From: Octopus sinensis
Taxonomy: Eukaryota
Direction: 5' to 3'
Assembly: GCF_006345805.1 (NCBI RefSeq)
Contig: NC_043000.1
Coordinates: 98,642,001-98,706,000 of the forward strand
Length of the DNA: 64,000 bases
The position numbers and the translations under genes are program-made. This document shows positions 53,118 through 64,000 of the stretch, in pieces; position 1 is the first letter of the stretch; each line of letters opens with the position of its first letter. The notes beneath the pieces were generated by a model. That model did not search any database and was not told where the DNA came from. It saw only the letters and a list, made by a program, of their open reading frames with translations.

Positions 53118-53314
53118 CAAATTGCGATAAAATAAAAATAATTATTTTCGCTGGTATTTCTAGCACAAGCCATATATTTTTCATATATCAGTACATTAAG
53201 GCGAAATATACATGTATATATATATATATATATGTATGTATGTGTGTGTGTGTGTGTGTGTGTGAGTGTGTGTGTGTATATATATATATATATCTAAATA
53301 CATTATTTTATTAT

Positions 53315-53542
53315 TTTACTTGTTTCAGTCATTTGACTGTGGCCATAATGGAGCATCACCTCGAAGGTTTTTAGTCAGGCATATCGATCCTAGGACTTTT
53401 TAAAGCATAATTTTCAATCTATCGGTCTCTTTTGGCGAACCACTAAGTCACAGAGACGTAAAGACACAAACACCAGTAGTCATGTGGTTATGGGTGGGTG
53501 GGGGACAAACACAGACACATAGACACACACAGGCATATATAT

Positions 53543-53574
<32 letters not shown>

Positions 53575-53723
53575 CGCCGGGCTTCTTTCAGTTTCCGTCT
53601 ACGAAGTGCACTCAGAAAGCTTTGGTCTTCCCAGTAAAAGACAGTTGTTCAAGGTACTACGGAATGGGACTGAACCCGGAACTATGTGGTTGGGGACTAA
53701 GATTCTTACCACACAACCATGCC
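53315..53723 (-). mobile_element. SINE family B, near full length
   Basis: Reverse-complement homologue of 30746-31125. Confidence 0.8.
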
Positions 53724-54608
53724 TATATTTTTTATAGATTGTTTCTAAATGCATGTACATGCATTTTAAAATTGCCCTAATTGTTTTGTTATTTGTATGA
53801 GGAATTATAACAAAACAAAAACTGGGGCGGGGTATTAGGTTTAGGTACATGGTATAGATGCAGATTAGCTATTATAGACTAGCAGCGGCTTCTCTTCATC
53901 CGCACACAAAGTTATTCTATTTTACAAGTTTTATTCTTCTTGTGCCAACATAATTGATCATTGAGGCATCTAAACTATCACTCAATCGGCTAGAAACAGC
54001 AGCCAAATCTCATATCCCGCTGCCTTTAAAAAGTAGAAAGAATACATTATATAATAAATTTCTGATTCACAAAAAAGGTAGGTAGTCTCGGATGGAATGT
54101 CTCTGATAATTAATTAGTCCTCAGGACAAGGATTTACCTGAGGTTAATCCCCCATGATATATTTTCTCAGACTCGGGATTGGGATTTTTGATTTCGTTAT
54201 TTTAAAACAGTCTCTGCTTTAAATCTACACAGTTTTTGATTGAAAGCTTCTTTATGCTAGGAGAATATTTGAACAAATATAATTAATGTTTTATTCATAG
54301 AGCTTTTATACCTGTAGGAGTATTTGTAATTACCTTCAATAGGATAGTTTGTATAACACTGGTCTACAAGGTTTTGGTGTTTATGAAATAGACATCATTC
54401 CTATACGAAATCGGTCTCTTGAATCTAAATATAACCTTCTTTTTGACTTATCAGATCTAGTTTTTAAGTTATTGAACATACCTATAGTCACTATGTATAT
54501 GTGTACGTCTAGTACGCAGTGTTCGTCACCTTATTCTTATTCTAAGTTTTTTTTCTTTTTCTATACTTTTTAGATATTGTGGTGAACTAAGCAATAGAAA
54601 ATATCAAG

Positions 54609-56469
54609 TTGTCCTCTTCAAGAAAGCGGTGTGTTAATTCACCAGATGTGTTTTGTTGTGCTTGTGGAGAATACACATTACTTGAAAATCTAAAAAAACA
54701 TCACTGATTTTGTTGAAAGAGTATATATGGCATATTTTGGAGTCAAACTGGGAGACCAAGATAAATATTGGGCACCGCATAGCGTCTGCAAACAATGTAC
54801 AGAACATTTGCGACAAAGGACTAAAGGGACAAGGAACAGTATGAGCTATAATCACGTAGACGACTGCTATTTTTGTAACCTAAATTTGAAGGGTATTAAC
54901 CGGAAAAATCGACAAACACTTGCCTATCCTAATCTTGCTTCTGCTATTAGACTAGTTCCACACAGTGAAGAGCTTCCTGTTCCTGTCTTGCTTCAGATAA
55001 CTTTACCCTCAACCAAAGAAGATTCATCTCCTGAAGAAGACACTAGAAATGAAGACTTTTCAATTGAGACTTTACCTCAGCTATTCTCCCAGGTACAGTT
55101 GAATGATCTAGTTCGTGACTTGAATCTCCCAAAAAATTCTGCAGAAATATTGGCCCCTCGACTGAAAGAGAAAAATCTTCTAGAGAATGGTGTTCGTATA
55201 ACATTTTATCGGAGTCGGCATGAAGAGTTCCTTTTTTTTCACAAAGGAGGAAGAGCTGGTTTACGGCAGAGATGTCAGTGGGCTTCTTAATAAACTTGGC
55301 ATTGAGTAATACAAATCAGAGGAATGGCGTCTTTTCATAGATAGCTCTAAGCGTAGTTTAAAATGTGAATTGTAGCACAACGGAAATGTGTATGGCTCTG
55401 TTTACTCGGCCACTAAACAACTCTGAAGGAAAAATATGAAGTTAAGTTGGTTTTAGAGAAGATACTGTACATGACCATAAATGAGTCATCTGCCTTGACT
55501 TCAAGATGGTGAATTTTCTCATAGGACAGCAATCTAGTTATACCAAATACCCATGCTTTCTTTGTATGTGTATCAGTAGAGACCAATGAAACCACTATGT
55601 TAAGAAATACTGGCCGTCTCGAACAAATATGGCTCCATGTAGAGCTGCCAATATATTGGAAGAACCTTTAGTTGAGCAAGATAAGATCATTTTACCCGAT
55701 TTGCACATCAAAATCGGATTGATCAAGCAATTCGTCTAAGCGCTAGACAAATATAGGGAGTGATTCAAGTATATCTGCAGTGTATTTCCAGACTTAACGA
55801 CTGAAAAACTTAAAGCAGAGATTTTTGATGGACCACAGATCGGCAAGCTCTTGAAGGACACACATTTCGTGAAAGTAATGAGCGAAAATGAAGCATCTGC
55901 TTGGCTAGCCTTTGCAGAAGTAGTGCAACATTTCCTCGTGAAACAAAAAAGTGAAAACTATAAAGACCTTGTTACGAACTTGATATCAACTTTTCGTGAT
56001 ATTGGCGCGAATATGAGCATCAAAATGCATTATCATTTTAGTCATCTTGATTGTTTTCTTGAAAATCTCGGAGATGTAAGCGATGAACAAGGCGAACAAT
56101 TCCATCAGGACATCAAGGAAATGGAAACTCGGTACCAAGGACGTTAGGACGCCGTGATGATTGCAGACTATTGCTGGTGTTTAAAACGAGATACTCTTGT
56201 TGCCCAACATTTACGGTAAGCAAAACTAGATATATATTCTGATATATATAAACAGATATATATTCGTTTTGTTTTATGTTACGTTCTCTTTATTGATTCA
56301 TTCTATATGCCTTTTGTATGAATAAAATATTTACTCTATCAGGTTTAGTCAGAAAACTAGACCTGATAGAGAAAAACCGAAGTTATTTTTGAATTTAGCA
56401 GTAAAAATCACTTAAGAATTCGTTGAAATATTCCAGGCACCAGACAAAAAAAAATTTTGTTGCCCAGTG
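54609..56469 (+). mobile_element. DNA transposon with pseudogenised transposase, probably Chapaev3 (CMC superfamily); right end intact
   Basis: CVNSPDVFC...YFGVKLGDQDKYWAPHSVC...HVDDCYFC, LHIKIGLIKQFV, SDEQGEQFHQDIKEMETRYQGR motifs; right terminus ...ttttgttgcccagtg (56469). The left TIR was not found. The superfamily label is from recall. Confidence 0.7.
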
Positions 56470-56576
56470 TAAGCAATTTCAAATATTTGTTAAAGATATA
56501 AAATTCAATATCACTTTGTAGTTTGTTTTGTGTTGCATCTATGCGTACGTGTGTTTTTCTTTCTCTTTTCCTTCAG

Positions 56577-56657
56577 GTAGTAACCACTAATAACGTAGGG
56601 TCTGGTTCAGCTGGTTCACAGACTTCTCCTCTTTCGAAATTTTCAACATATTATTGA
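56577..56657 (+). CDS. Weak candidate terminal exon VVTTNNVGSGSAGSQTSPLSKFSTYY*
   Basis: Strong polypyrimidine tract plus CAG acceptor (56553-56576); only phase 0 is open; the peptide loosely resembles an FN3 C-terminal strand. No partner exons were identified. Confidence 0.2.
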   Translation, partial: VVTTNNVGSGSAGSQTSPLSKFSTYY

Positions 56658-57590
56658 CCTACCTATCTTATTCAACTAGTATTCGATCATATATAAAAAA
56701 AAATGTTCGCGTTTGAGGTTGATCATATAGAAATTATCAAGTATTGTGTAAAGTGATGAGCCTATGAAAATGCCCTCTAGGTGTAGGGATATCCTGCATT
56801 ATATAGGAAAACTTCAGTATTACTGCGTAGTAGTTGCTCTTTCCCTTCACAATTTGGTATGTATATTTATAATAGCCGATACTTGTGCATTGCTAAAGGT
56901 ATAGTTTCATAGAAATATACTTTTTCAGATCAATAGATGCCAATGCTCTAGTTTATAGATATACAAATATTACCAAAGTATTTACTGAATATGTTTGAAG
57001 TACTTACGGTTTCATAATAATGTTTTGGTTTTTCGTTTTTCATGTTTTGTATGTAATTCTTCAGATATCGGTCTTGTGTGATTGATATTATATTATAAAC
57101 CTACTAATCCATATATTACTTTAGGTTTGTCTTCTTCAAACAATTTCAGTATTTGTTATGTTCGACTATTCTGTTTTCGGTATTTATTTAGCCAAAGGAA
57201 AATTACTAAATATAACATAATAGGCGACATTTCATCGAATATTTTAATCAAATTCGTTTTCAAAAATATACATGTCCAAAATATTTTTATACATATACAA
57301 GCGTGGTTGTATGCATTTAATGATAATTTGAGACAACTCATATTTTCAGAAACTCGCAAATAAAAAAATATTATTCAAGCTTTAAAGACTAGTATTTTAT
57401 TTATTTTACTATTATATGTTATTAAATCATCTTTCTAAAGTGTCATATTGAGTGAAATGATTGCTTTTGTTGATATCCAAGATAATTTATAGTTAGTTGT
57501 AAGTGCTTTTGATGGAAGATCAGTGACTATTGAAAAATTGCTATCTTGACTGCTAATGTTTTTATATTCATGACTTGTAAAAGCACTAAC

Positions 57591-57643
<53 letters not shown>

Positions 57644-57796
57644 CAGTAGAATCAACCAGTGAACCTTTACGTGGTTGCTCGGCCTGCTTGAAGCAACGAC
57701 AATATCACCCTCATATCACAATTTACAGTTTCAAAAGACGGGACGGAATAATCCGGGATGAATTATCCTTAAAATCAACAGAAACAAATACAGAAT

Positions 57797-59521
57797 CCTG
57801 GAACATCGACGCAGAAGACATCAGCAGATGCATGTAAGGCTTGTCGCGGTTCGATAATTTCGAATAGAGGATCGGTGATCATATTATGATCAGGTATGGA
57901 GGAGCAGCAAGTTCTGACACGAAGGCAGCTGAAACTTCGTGTGTGAATTCTGTCAGCTCATCGCAGCCGAGCAGTATATCGCACAACAGGTATTAAACTG
58001 TGATGAAACTGGCCTTTTGTGGGCAAAATTTCCAGAAGAACCTACAGAAGAACCTAACTGTAGAGGAAAAAATGTCAGACCTCAAGCCTAGGAATGGTAG
58101 CCTGACTCTCACCATTTGTTTCAATGTGAGGTGAAGACTTGAAGATTAAACGGTTCCTTATCTACCATTCCGAAAGTCTCACAAAATCCTGAAGAAGCTG
58201 CAGGTCCTGTACAAGGCAAATGTTAAAACCTGTGTCACCAGGTAATTCTTCACTGGGTGGGTCAACCTTGTCTTCAGACCAGCAGTGAAAAAGTACCTTC
58301 TAGAGAAAGATTTTCCTCTCAAGGCCCTCCTCATCCTCGACAATGCTCTTGCTCACCCTCCTAACCTCAAAGATATTATCCTGGACGAATTTAAATTCAT
58401 AAAAGTTCTGTACTTTCCCCGCAACACCTACCCTATCTTGAATCCTATAGACTAGCAGGTTATTTCTGATTTCAAGAAATCGTACACCAAAGACCTATTT
58501 TGTCGGTGCTTTGAAGTCACCGAAAATACAAATCTAACCCTTCGTGGATTTTGGAGGGAGCACTACAACATTGTTAACTGCTCGAAAATCACTTATATGG
58601 CCTGGCAAGGTGTAACGAGAAGAACGCTGAATTCTGCATGGAGAAAACTGTGGCTTGACTACGTATCTGAAAGAGGCTTCGAGGGGTTTGAGTCTGAGAC
58701 ACCTGTAGTCGAGGAGATGGTGTCTGTTGGCAAATCCATGGGCCTCGAGGTTGACGATGGGGACATTAACGATCTTGTAGAGCAACACTCAGAGGATCTG
58801 GGGACATATGAACTGCAGCTTCAGGAGCAGCAGCATTCGGATGCAGCAGAAGTGATTGGTTTTTCCGGAGGAGGACAGTAGCGGTAAGGATAATAGAAGG
58901 CTACCTCTAAGAGTGACATAAAGGCCATGTTGGTAAAATGGCGGTATGTTTCTGAATTTGCAAAAAAGTATCATCCTGAAAAAGTATTTATAGTTCTTAC
59001 AGATGCTTTACTTAATGACACTGCTCTGGCGCATTTTCGTAACAGTTTGAACGGCATGAAAAAGACTTCTCTTGATATGTTTCTAAGGAAACGACCTGCA
59101 AGTTTGAAACTTGAATAAAATGTGTCCAAAAAGCCTAAATGAAGCGAGGTGAGAGAGAAAACACAAGAAATTGTTCTTTTTGAGGTCTTAATGGAAGGAG
59201 ATTTCCTTCCAAACGATAATCCTCCTCCTCCCCGCTCCATCGTCTTCTTTGTGAACAAATCGTCCTATCTTTAAGGTAATTGGATTAATAAAGCTAGTTT
59301 GAATGTTTTTTTTTTGCGTTCTCTGTTATCGTGCTTTTCATTGTGACTAAACGTTTTCTGATTTAAAACCAATAAAAATTATTTTGGGTGGTTTTGAGAG
59401 GCTGGAACGGATTAATTATATTCTAATTCATTTCAATGGGGAAAATTGATTTGTAAAACGAGTAAATCGTAAAACGATCACGGTCATGCAACGAATTAAA
59501 CTCTACTGCGAAGTAACACTG
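57797..59521 (+). mobile_element. Tigger/pogo-type transposon, 5'-truncated, pseudogenised
   Basis: QQVLNCDETGLLW, LLILDNALAHP, AWQGVTRRTLNSAWRKLW...GKSMGLEVDDGDINDLVEQH; right end ...aacactg|TA at 59521-59523. Confidence 0.85.
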
Positions 59522-59639
59522 TACTTTATGGGTGGGATGAAGGTGCAATGCCGGGAGGAGATGAAGAACAGAAAAACAAGAGCATGAAGGCGAATAGTAA
59601 TAATAATTCTTTCAGCATAGGGAAGAAATTTGAGGGAGA

Positions 59640-59798
59640 TTGTCGATTGCATCGATCTCAGTGCATAACTGGTACTTATTTAATCGACCCCGAAAGGATG
59701 AAAGGCAAAATCAACCTCGGCAGAATTTGATCTCAGAATGTAAGGACTGAAGAAATACCGCTAAACATTTTGCCCGGCATGCTAATGATTCTGCCAGC
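59640..59798 (-). mobile_element. SINE family A fragment
   Basis: Head and core homologous to 1568-1803. Confidence 0.75.
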
Positions 59799-59802
59799 AA
59801 GC

Positions 59803-59867
<65 letters not shown>

Positions 59868-60199
59868 GGACTGAAGAAATGCAATCCACAACATGTGCCA
59901 TAGAAGGCCGATACTCGACAGAAGAACACAACCTGCGCTACACAAACAACGCACAATATAAAAACTAATATCACAAAAGACTCAAATAAAACCCCATAAC
60001 AAAACGCACTGATGCAATACAATACCCACCACCCAAAAAAATGCAGCACAAACTACCCCACCAGCACAAAGGTGCAAACAAATGATGCAATAGTGAGTTG
60101 CTTGAAATTTTCAGATGGTGAAAAATAATAGTGGTGATGACGATGTTGACGAATGTTACCTTACCTCAGTTTATGAAAGACAGGAGTTTCCGAAGAAAC

Positions 60200-62760
60200 T
60201 CTAGTTGCAACAGTGAAAATGAAGCTGGACCTTTAAGAGAATGCCTCTAGTTCGGCAGTGGATCAGTAAAGATGCAGACTAACCACAGCAGTCATCCTAA
60301 TACAGCATCAGCGGAGGAAGGGAAGTGAACCAGCGAAGAAAACAGGATAGTGATACAGTACTTCTTAGAAAGTGAACCAAAAACAAGGGGCAATAGAAAA
60401 CGGATGTTAGCACTTTGGGTAGAGAAGGGTATGTTTAAAGTGACTGAGCAGAGATTAGTTGACCAGGCTAATGCTATTAGCTGAAGAAAGTGAATGACAG
60501 AATTGGAGGTTGAATAGATCACAAGAGAACTGGAAAAGAAAGACCAGGCAGTGGGAAAGACAAGCAACAACGTAAGAGATACAGCTCAAACCAAAGAGGG
60601 ACCTAAAGGTAAAAAAATAATAGCGCTACCAATAAGGAAGAGACAGCTGGCACCAACCACTTAAGTGATTTAAGTTGAAAGGATAAGAAAATTTTAGATG
60701 AGTTGCACGAAGTAATGATTAAAAAATTAAGTAAAGGATTTAGAGAGTAGCATAAAGAGGCACCAGCAGAAAGGAGCTACAAGAAATGACTAGGAAAGTA
60801 GATTCTGTTATCAGGAGGATAGATACTAAAAATATAGAAGACACTAACTTATAGATCTATGGAAGAGGGGTAATAGTCACCAGAAGATTAGATATCTCAG
60901 AGGGAAAAATTAAAAAGAGAGAAACTGTGGAAAAGGAAGCTACAAAATAAACTAAAGGTTTTAAGACAAGATATGAGTAGAATAGAAGCCTGGAAAACAA
61001 ACAAGATGGGAAACGCAAGATGCAAATCTTGCCTCGAGGAAAGATACTCAGTCAAAGAGAAAGGATTTGGGGCAGTAACAGAAGAGTTGAAACAGCCTGT
61101 CATAGCAGTAGCAGGTAAGCTCTCCAGATATTAGAAAAGAATAGATCAGTATCAGCAAAAAAAATTTTTTGAGACCGACCAGAAGAGATTTTATAACCAA
61201 AGAAAATAGTGGAGAACGAAGTGCTGAAGATGAGAAACCTAATATAGAGGAAGCTAGACAGTTCTAGAGTAATATTTGGGATAAAACAGTCAGTCATTAT
61301 GGAGATGCAGTATGGTTAAAGAAAGTGAAGGAAGAAGTAGGGAGTGAGAAGCAGCCAGATCTCAGACTAACTAGTGCATTTATGAGTAAAGTGTTAGGAA
61401 AAATACCGAATTGGAAGGGCCCAGGATCAGATTTAATTCAAGGGTACTGGCTAAAGAAGTTTAGTAGTTTACAAGGGAGGCTGAAAGAATAACTTCAGGA
61501 TTGCCTTAATGAAGGAATAATACCAAATTGGATGACTAACAATAGCATGGATAGATTATAGGAAAGCCTATGACATGATTCCACACTGATGGATAAGTGA
61601 ATGTTTGAGTATATTCAGTATAGCTGACAACATAAGATAATTGATTCGCTTTAACATGACGAAATAAAAAGTAGATCTCTACTCAGGTGACACAAATTAA
61701 TACCAAAAGAAGAATTTTCCAGGGTGACCCATTGTCCCCTCTAATATTTGTCTTATGTTTGATCCCCCTCAGTTTAGTATTCGGTTTAGTATTCAGGAAG
61801 ACAAAGGCAGGGTATCAGTTCAGAAATAGTAATGGAGAAATTAACCATTTGCTCTACATGGATGAGCTGAAACTTTTTAGTAAGAATGAAAAAGAGATAG
61901 ATTCTTCGGATATAGGCATGGAATTTGGCATAGATAAGTGTGCAATTTTAGTCATGTGAAGGGGACAGGTAGTCAAGAGAGAAGGCATTCAACTACCAGA
62001 TGGCCAGACATCAAAATCATTGAAGGGAGGAGATAGATATAAGTGTCTAGGTGTATTAGTATCTGACAGAATATTAACTTCAGAAATGAAAGATGAAAAT
62101 TGAGAAGGTGTGCAGTGCCAAATGATGAAAAAATCAATATGAGAAGTATAGAAAAAATAGCGAAGTACCAGGACCTAGCTATTGAATTACAGAGACTATT
62201 GAAAGTGCGGGTAAAATGTATCCCAGTAGTTATAGGTGCATTGGGAGCTAACCCTAAATATTTGAACAGATGGATAGAGGAATTAGGCATAAAACCTAGT
62301 TTAGTACAGCTCCAGAATACAGTGTTATTAGGGACAGATAGGAAACTTAGGAGGGTTCTTGGCATCTAAGTCAAAGCTAAATGGTCCGAATCTAGTGAAC
62401 GCTGTAAATACTCGGGCAGTACTGTTACTTATATATTCAACATCTTTTGTAAATTAAACAAAAACTGAATTAGCAAAGCTAGACAGAACTAAGAAGGAAT
62501 TCAATATGAATGGGACTTCACCCAAGGGCAGGAATAGCAAGATTATACCTACCTACAAAGGAAGGTGGAAGAGGGTTAATATCAGTAGAAGACTGCATGG
62601 AGTTTGCTAGAGTAGATATAAACTTCTATGTAGGTAATAGCGAAGAAAGTTTATTAAAAGCTGCTAGAGTTCTTGGCATCTAAATTTACTTGCTGTAACC
62701 CAATAGGAGGGGCCTTGGTATCTTAAGGGTACTTATTGTAGCCCGATGTTAGGATGCTTT
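60200..62760 (+). mobile_element. R4/Dong-clade LINE, long but decayed and internally rearranged
   Basis: N-terminal ENRIVIQYFLESEPKTRGNRKRML; NWKGPGSDLIQGYWLK; RT IFQGDPLSPLIF...NHLLYMDELKLF...DIGMEFGIDKC; REL AVPND...EKIAKYQDL...IPVVIGALG...VLLGT. Confidence 0.9.
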
Positions 62761-62918
62761 TCTTTTCCAATAGTCTAATCTGTTGAGTGTATATGAATAA
62801 TATACCCCCTTCTCTCTCCCTCACACACACAATACACAAACTGAAACCCAGTCTAGAATAAAATTTATCGTCTTATCTATGTATATTATATATAAACACG
62901 CGTGCACAAGTGTGGGTT

Positions 62919-62968
<50 letters not shown>

Positions 62969-62971
62969 TAT

Positions 62972-63456
62972 TTTTACTTGTTTCAGTCATTTTGACTGCG
63001 GCCATGCTGGTGCACCGCCTTTAATCGAGCAACTCGACCCCGAGACTTATTCTTTGTAAGCCCAGTACTTATTCTATCGGTCTCTTTTGCCGAACCGCTA
63101 AGTAACGTGAACATAAACACACCAGCACCTTGGGCAAGTGTCTTCTACTATAGCCTCGGGCCGACCAAAGTCTTGTGAGTGGATTTGGTAGACGGAAACT
63201 GAAAGAAGCCCGTCGTATATATGTATATATATATATATATATATGCGTGTGTGTGTTTGTGTGTCTGTGTTTGTCCCCCTAGCATTGCTTGACAACCGAT
63301 GCTGGTGTGTTTATGTCCACGTTACTTAGAGGTTCGGCAAAAGAGACCGATAGAATAAGTACTGGGCTTACAAAAGAATAAGTCCCGGGGTCGAGTTTGC
63401 TCGATTAAAGGCGGAGCCCCAGCATGGCCGCGGTCAGATGACTGAAACAAGTAAAA
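62972..63456. mobile_element. Tail-out inverted pair of SINE family B 3' ends between (TA)n tracts
   Basis: 62972-63127 is the reverse complement of 63300-63456; the spacer holds the CORE-like centre and (TG)n. Confidence 0.85.
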
Positions 63457-63826
63457 GAGTAAAAGAGTATATATATATATATATATATTGAACCAGGTTA
63501 TCTATTGTGCCTTCCTTTGCTTGAAGGCACTAAATCTGCTCTGGAGGACGTTTACTTGCTTTTTCTAGCACACTCCGCGACCACATTATGAGACCCATTC
63601 GTGTGTTATTGTGCCCTTCACCTGTATAAAAAAATCAAATATATCATGTAGAGGTTGTTTATAAAGAGAGTTTTCACCTGATATTTTCAATGGTTATTAT
63701 CTCTCGAATAGACAGATACAGTTAGTTCGTAATATCATCTTCCATTTAGTTTTTTGTATTCATTTGCATTTTTATATTTTTACTAACCTTTTATTCGTAG
63801 ACAGATCTCATTCTCTTTCTGTCTCT

Positions 63827-63870
63827 CTATGTATGTATGTATGTATGTATGTATGTATGTATGTATGTAT
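63827..63870. repeat. (TATG)n microsatellite
   Basis: Directly visible. Confidence 0.95.
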
Positions 63871-64000
63871 GCATGTACGTATGGATGTATATGTGCACAC
63901 ACACACACAAATGTATGTATGTACGTATCCTCTTCCTGATATTTTATTTCAGTTTCGGCCTTTTCCTCCTCATCAAATTACCACTCTCATCATTATCATG

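Noticed and set aside
53878-53903. Possible Helitron 3' end on the minus strand (gcgg...ccgc then ctagt)
   Set aside because: Short hairpin and no identifiable body.

Overview
AT-rich, microsatellite-dense eukaryotic DNA made almost entirely of transposable-element debris. The SINE families and repeat landscape look like an octopus genome (inference from recall, not tested). No host gene is convincingly present; there is one weak exon candidate at 56577-56657. The main structure is a ~5.1 kb near-perfect palindrome (7617-12730, 5-nt spacer at 10167-10171). It consists of two head-to-head, 5'-truncated copies of one Penelope-like retroelement (RT with YRDD plus C-terminal GIY-YIG endonuclease). 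Each arm ends in an apparently intact type I hammerhead ribozyme with a palindromic stem III. The same fold-back architecture next to (TA)n tracts recurs at four smaller sites, and several other hammerhead-like motifs with different palindromic stem III sequences occur. A tRNA-derived SINE shares its 3' tail with a Tx1/L1-type LINE in the same window. Also present: Tx1/L1, RTE, CR1/L2-group and R4/Dong LINE fragments, mariner, DD37D/maT, Tigger/pogo and probable Chapaev3 transposase pseudogenes, MITEs, Helitron-like ends and many SINEs. All family assignments come from reading motifs by eye; no searches were run.
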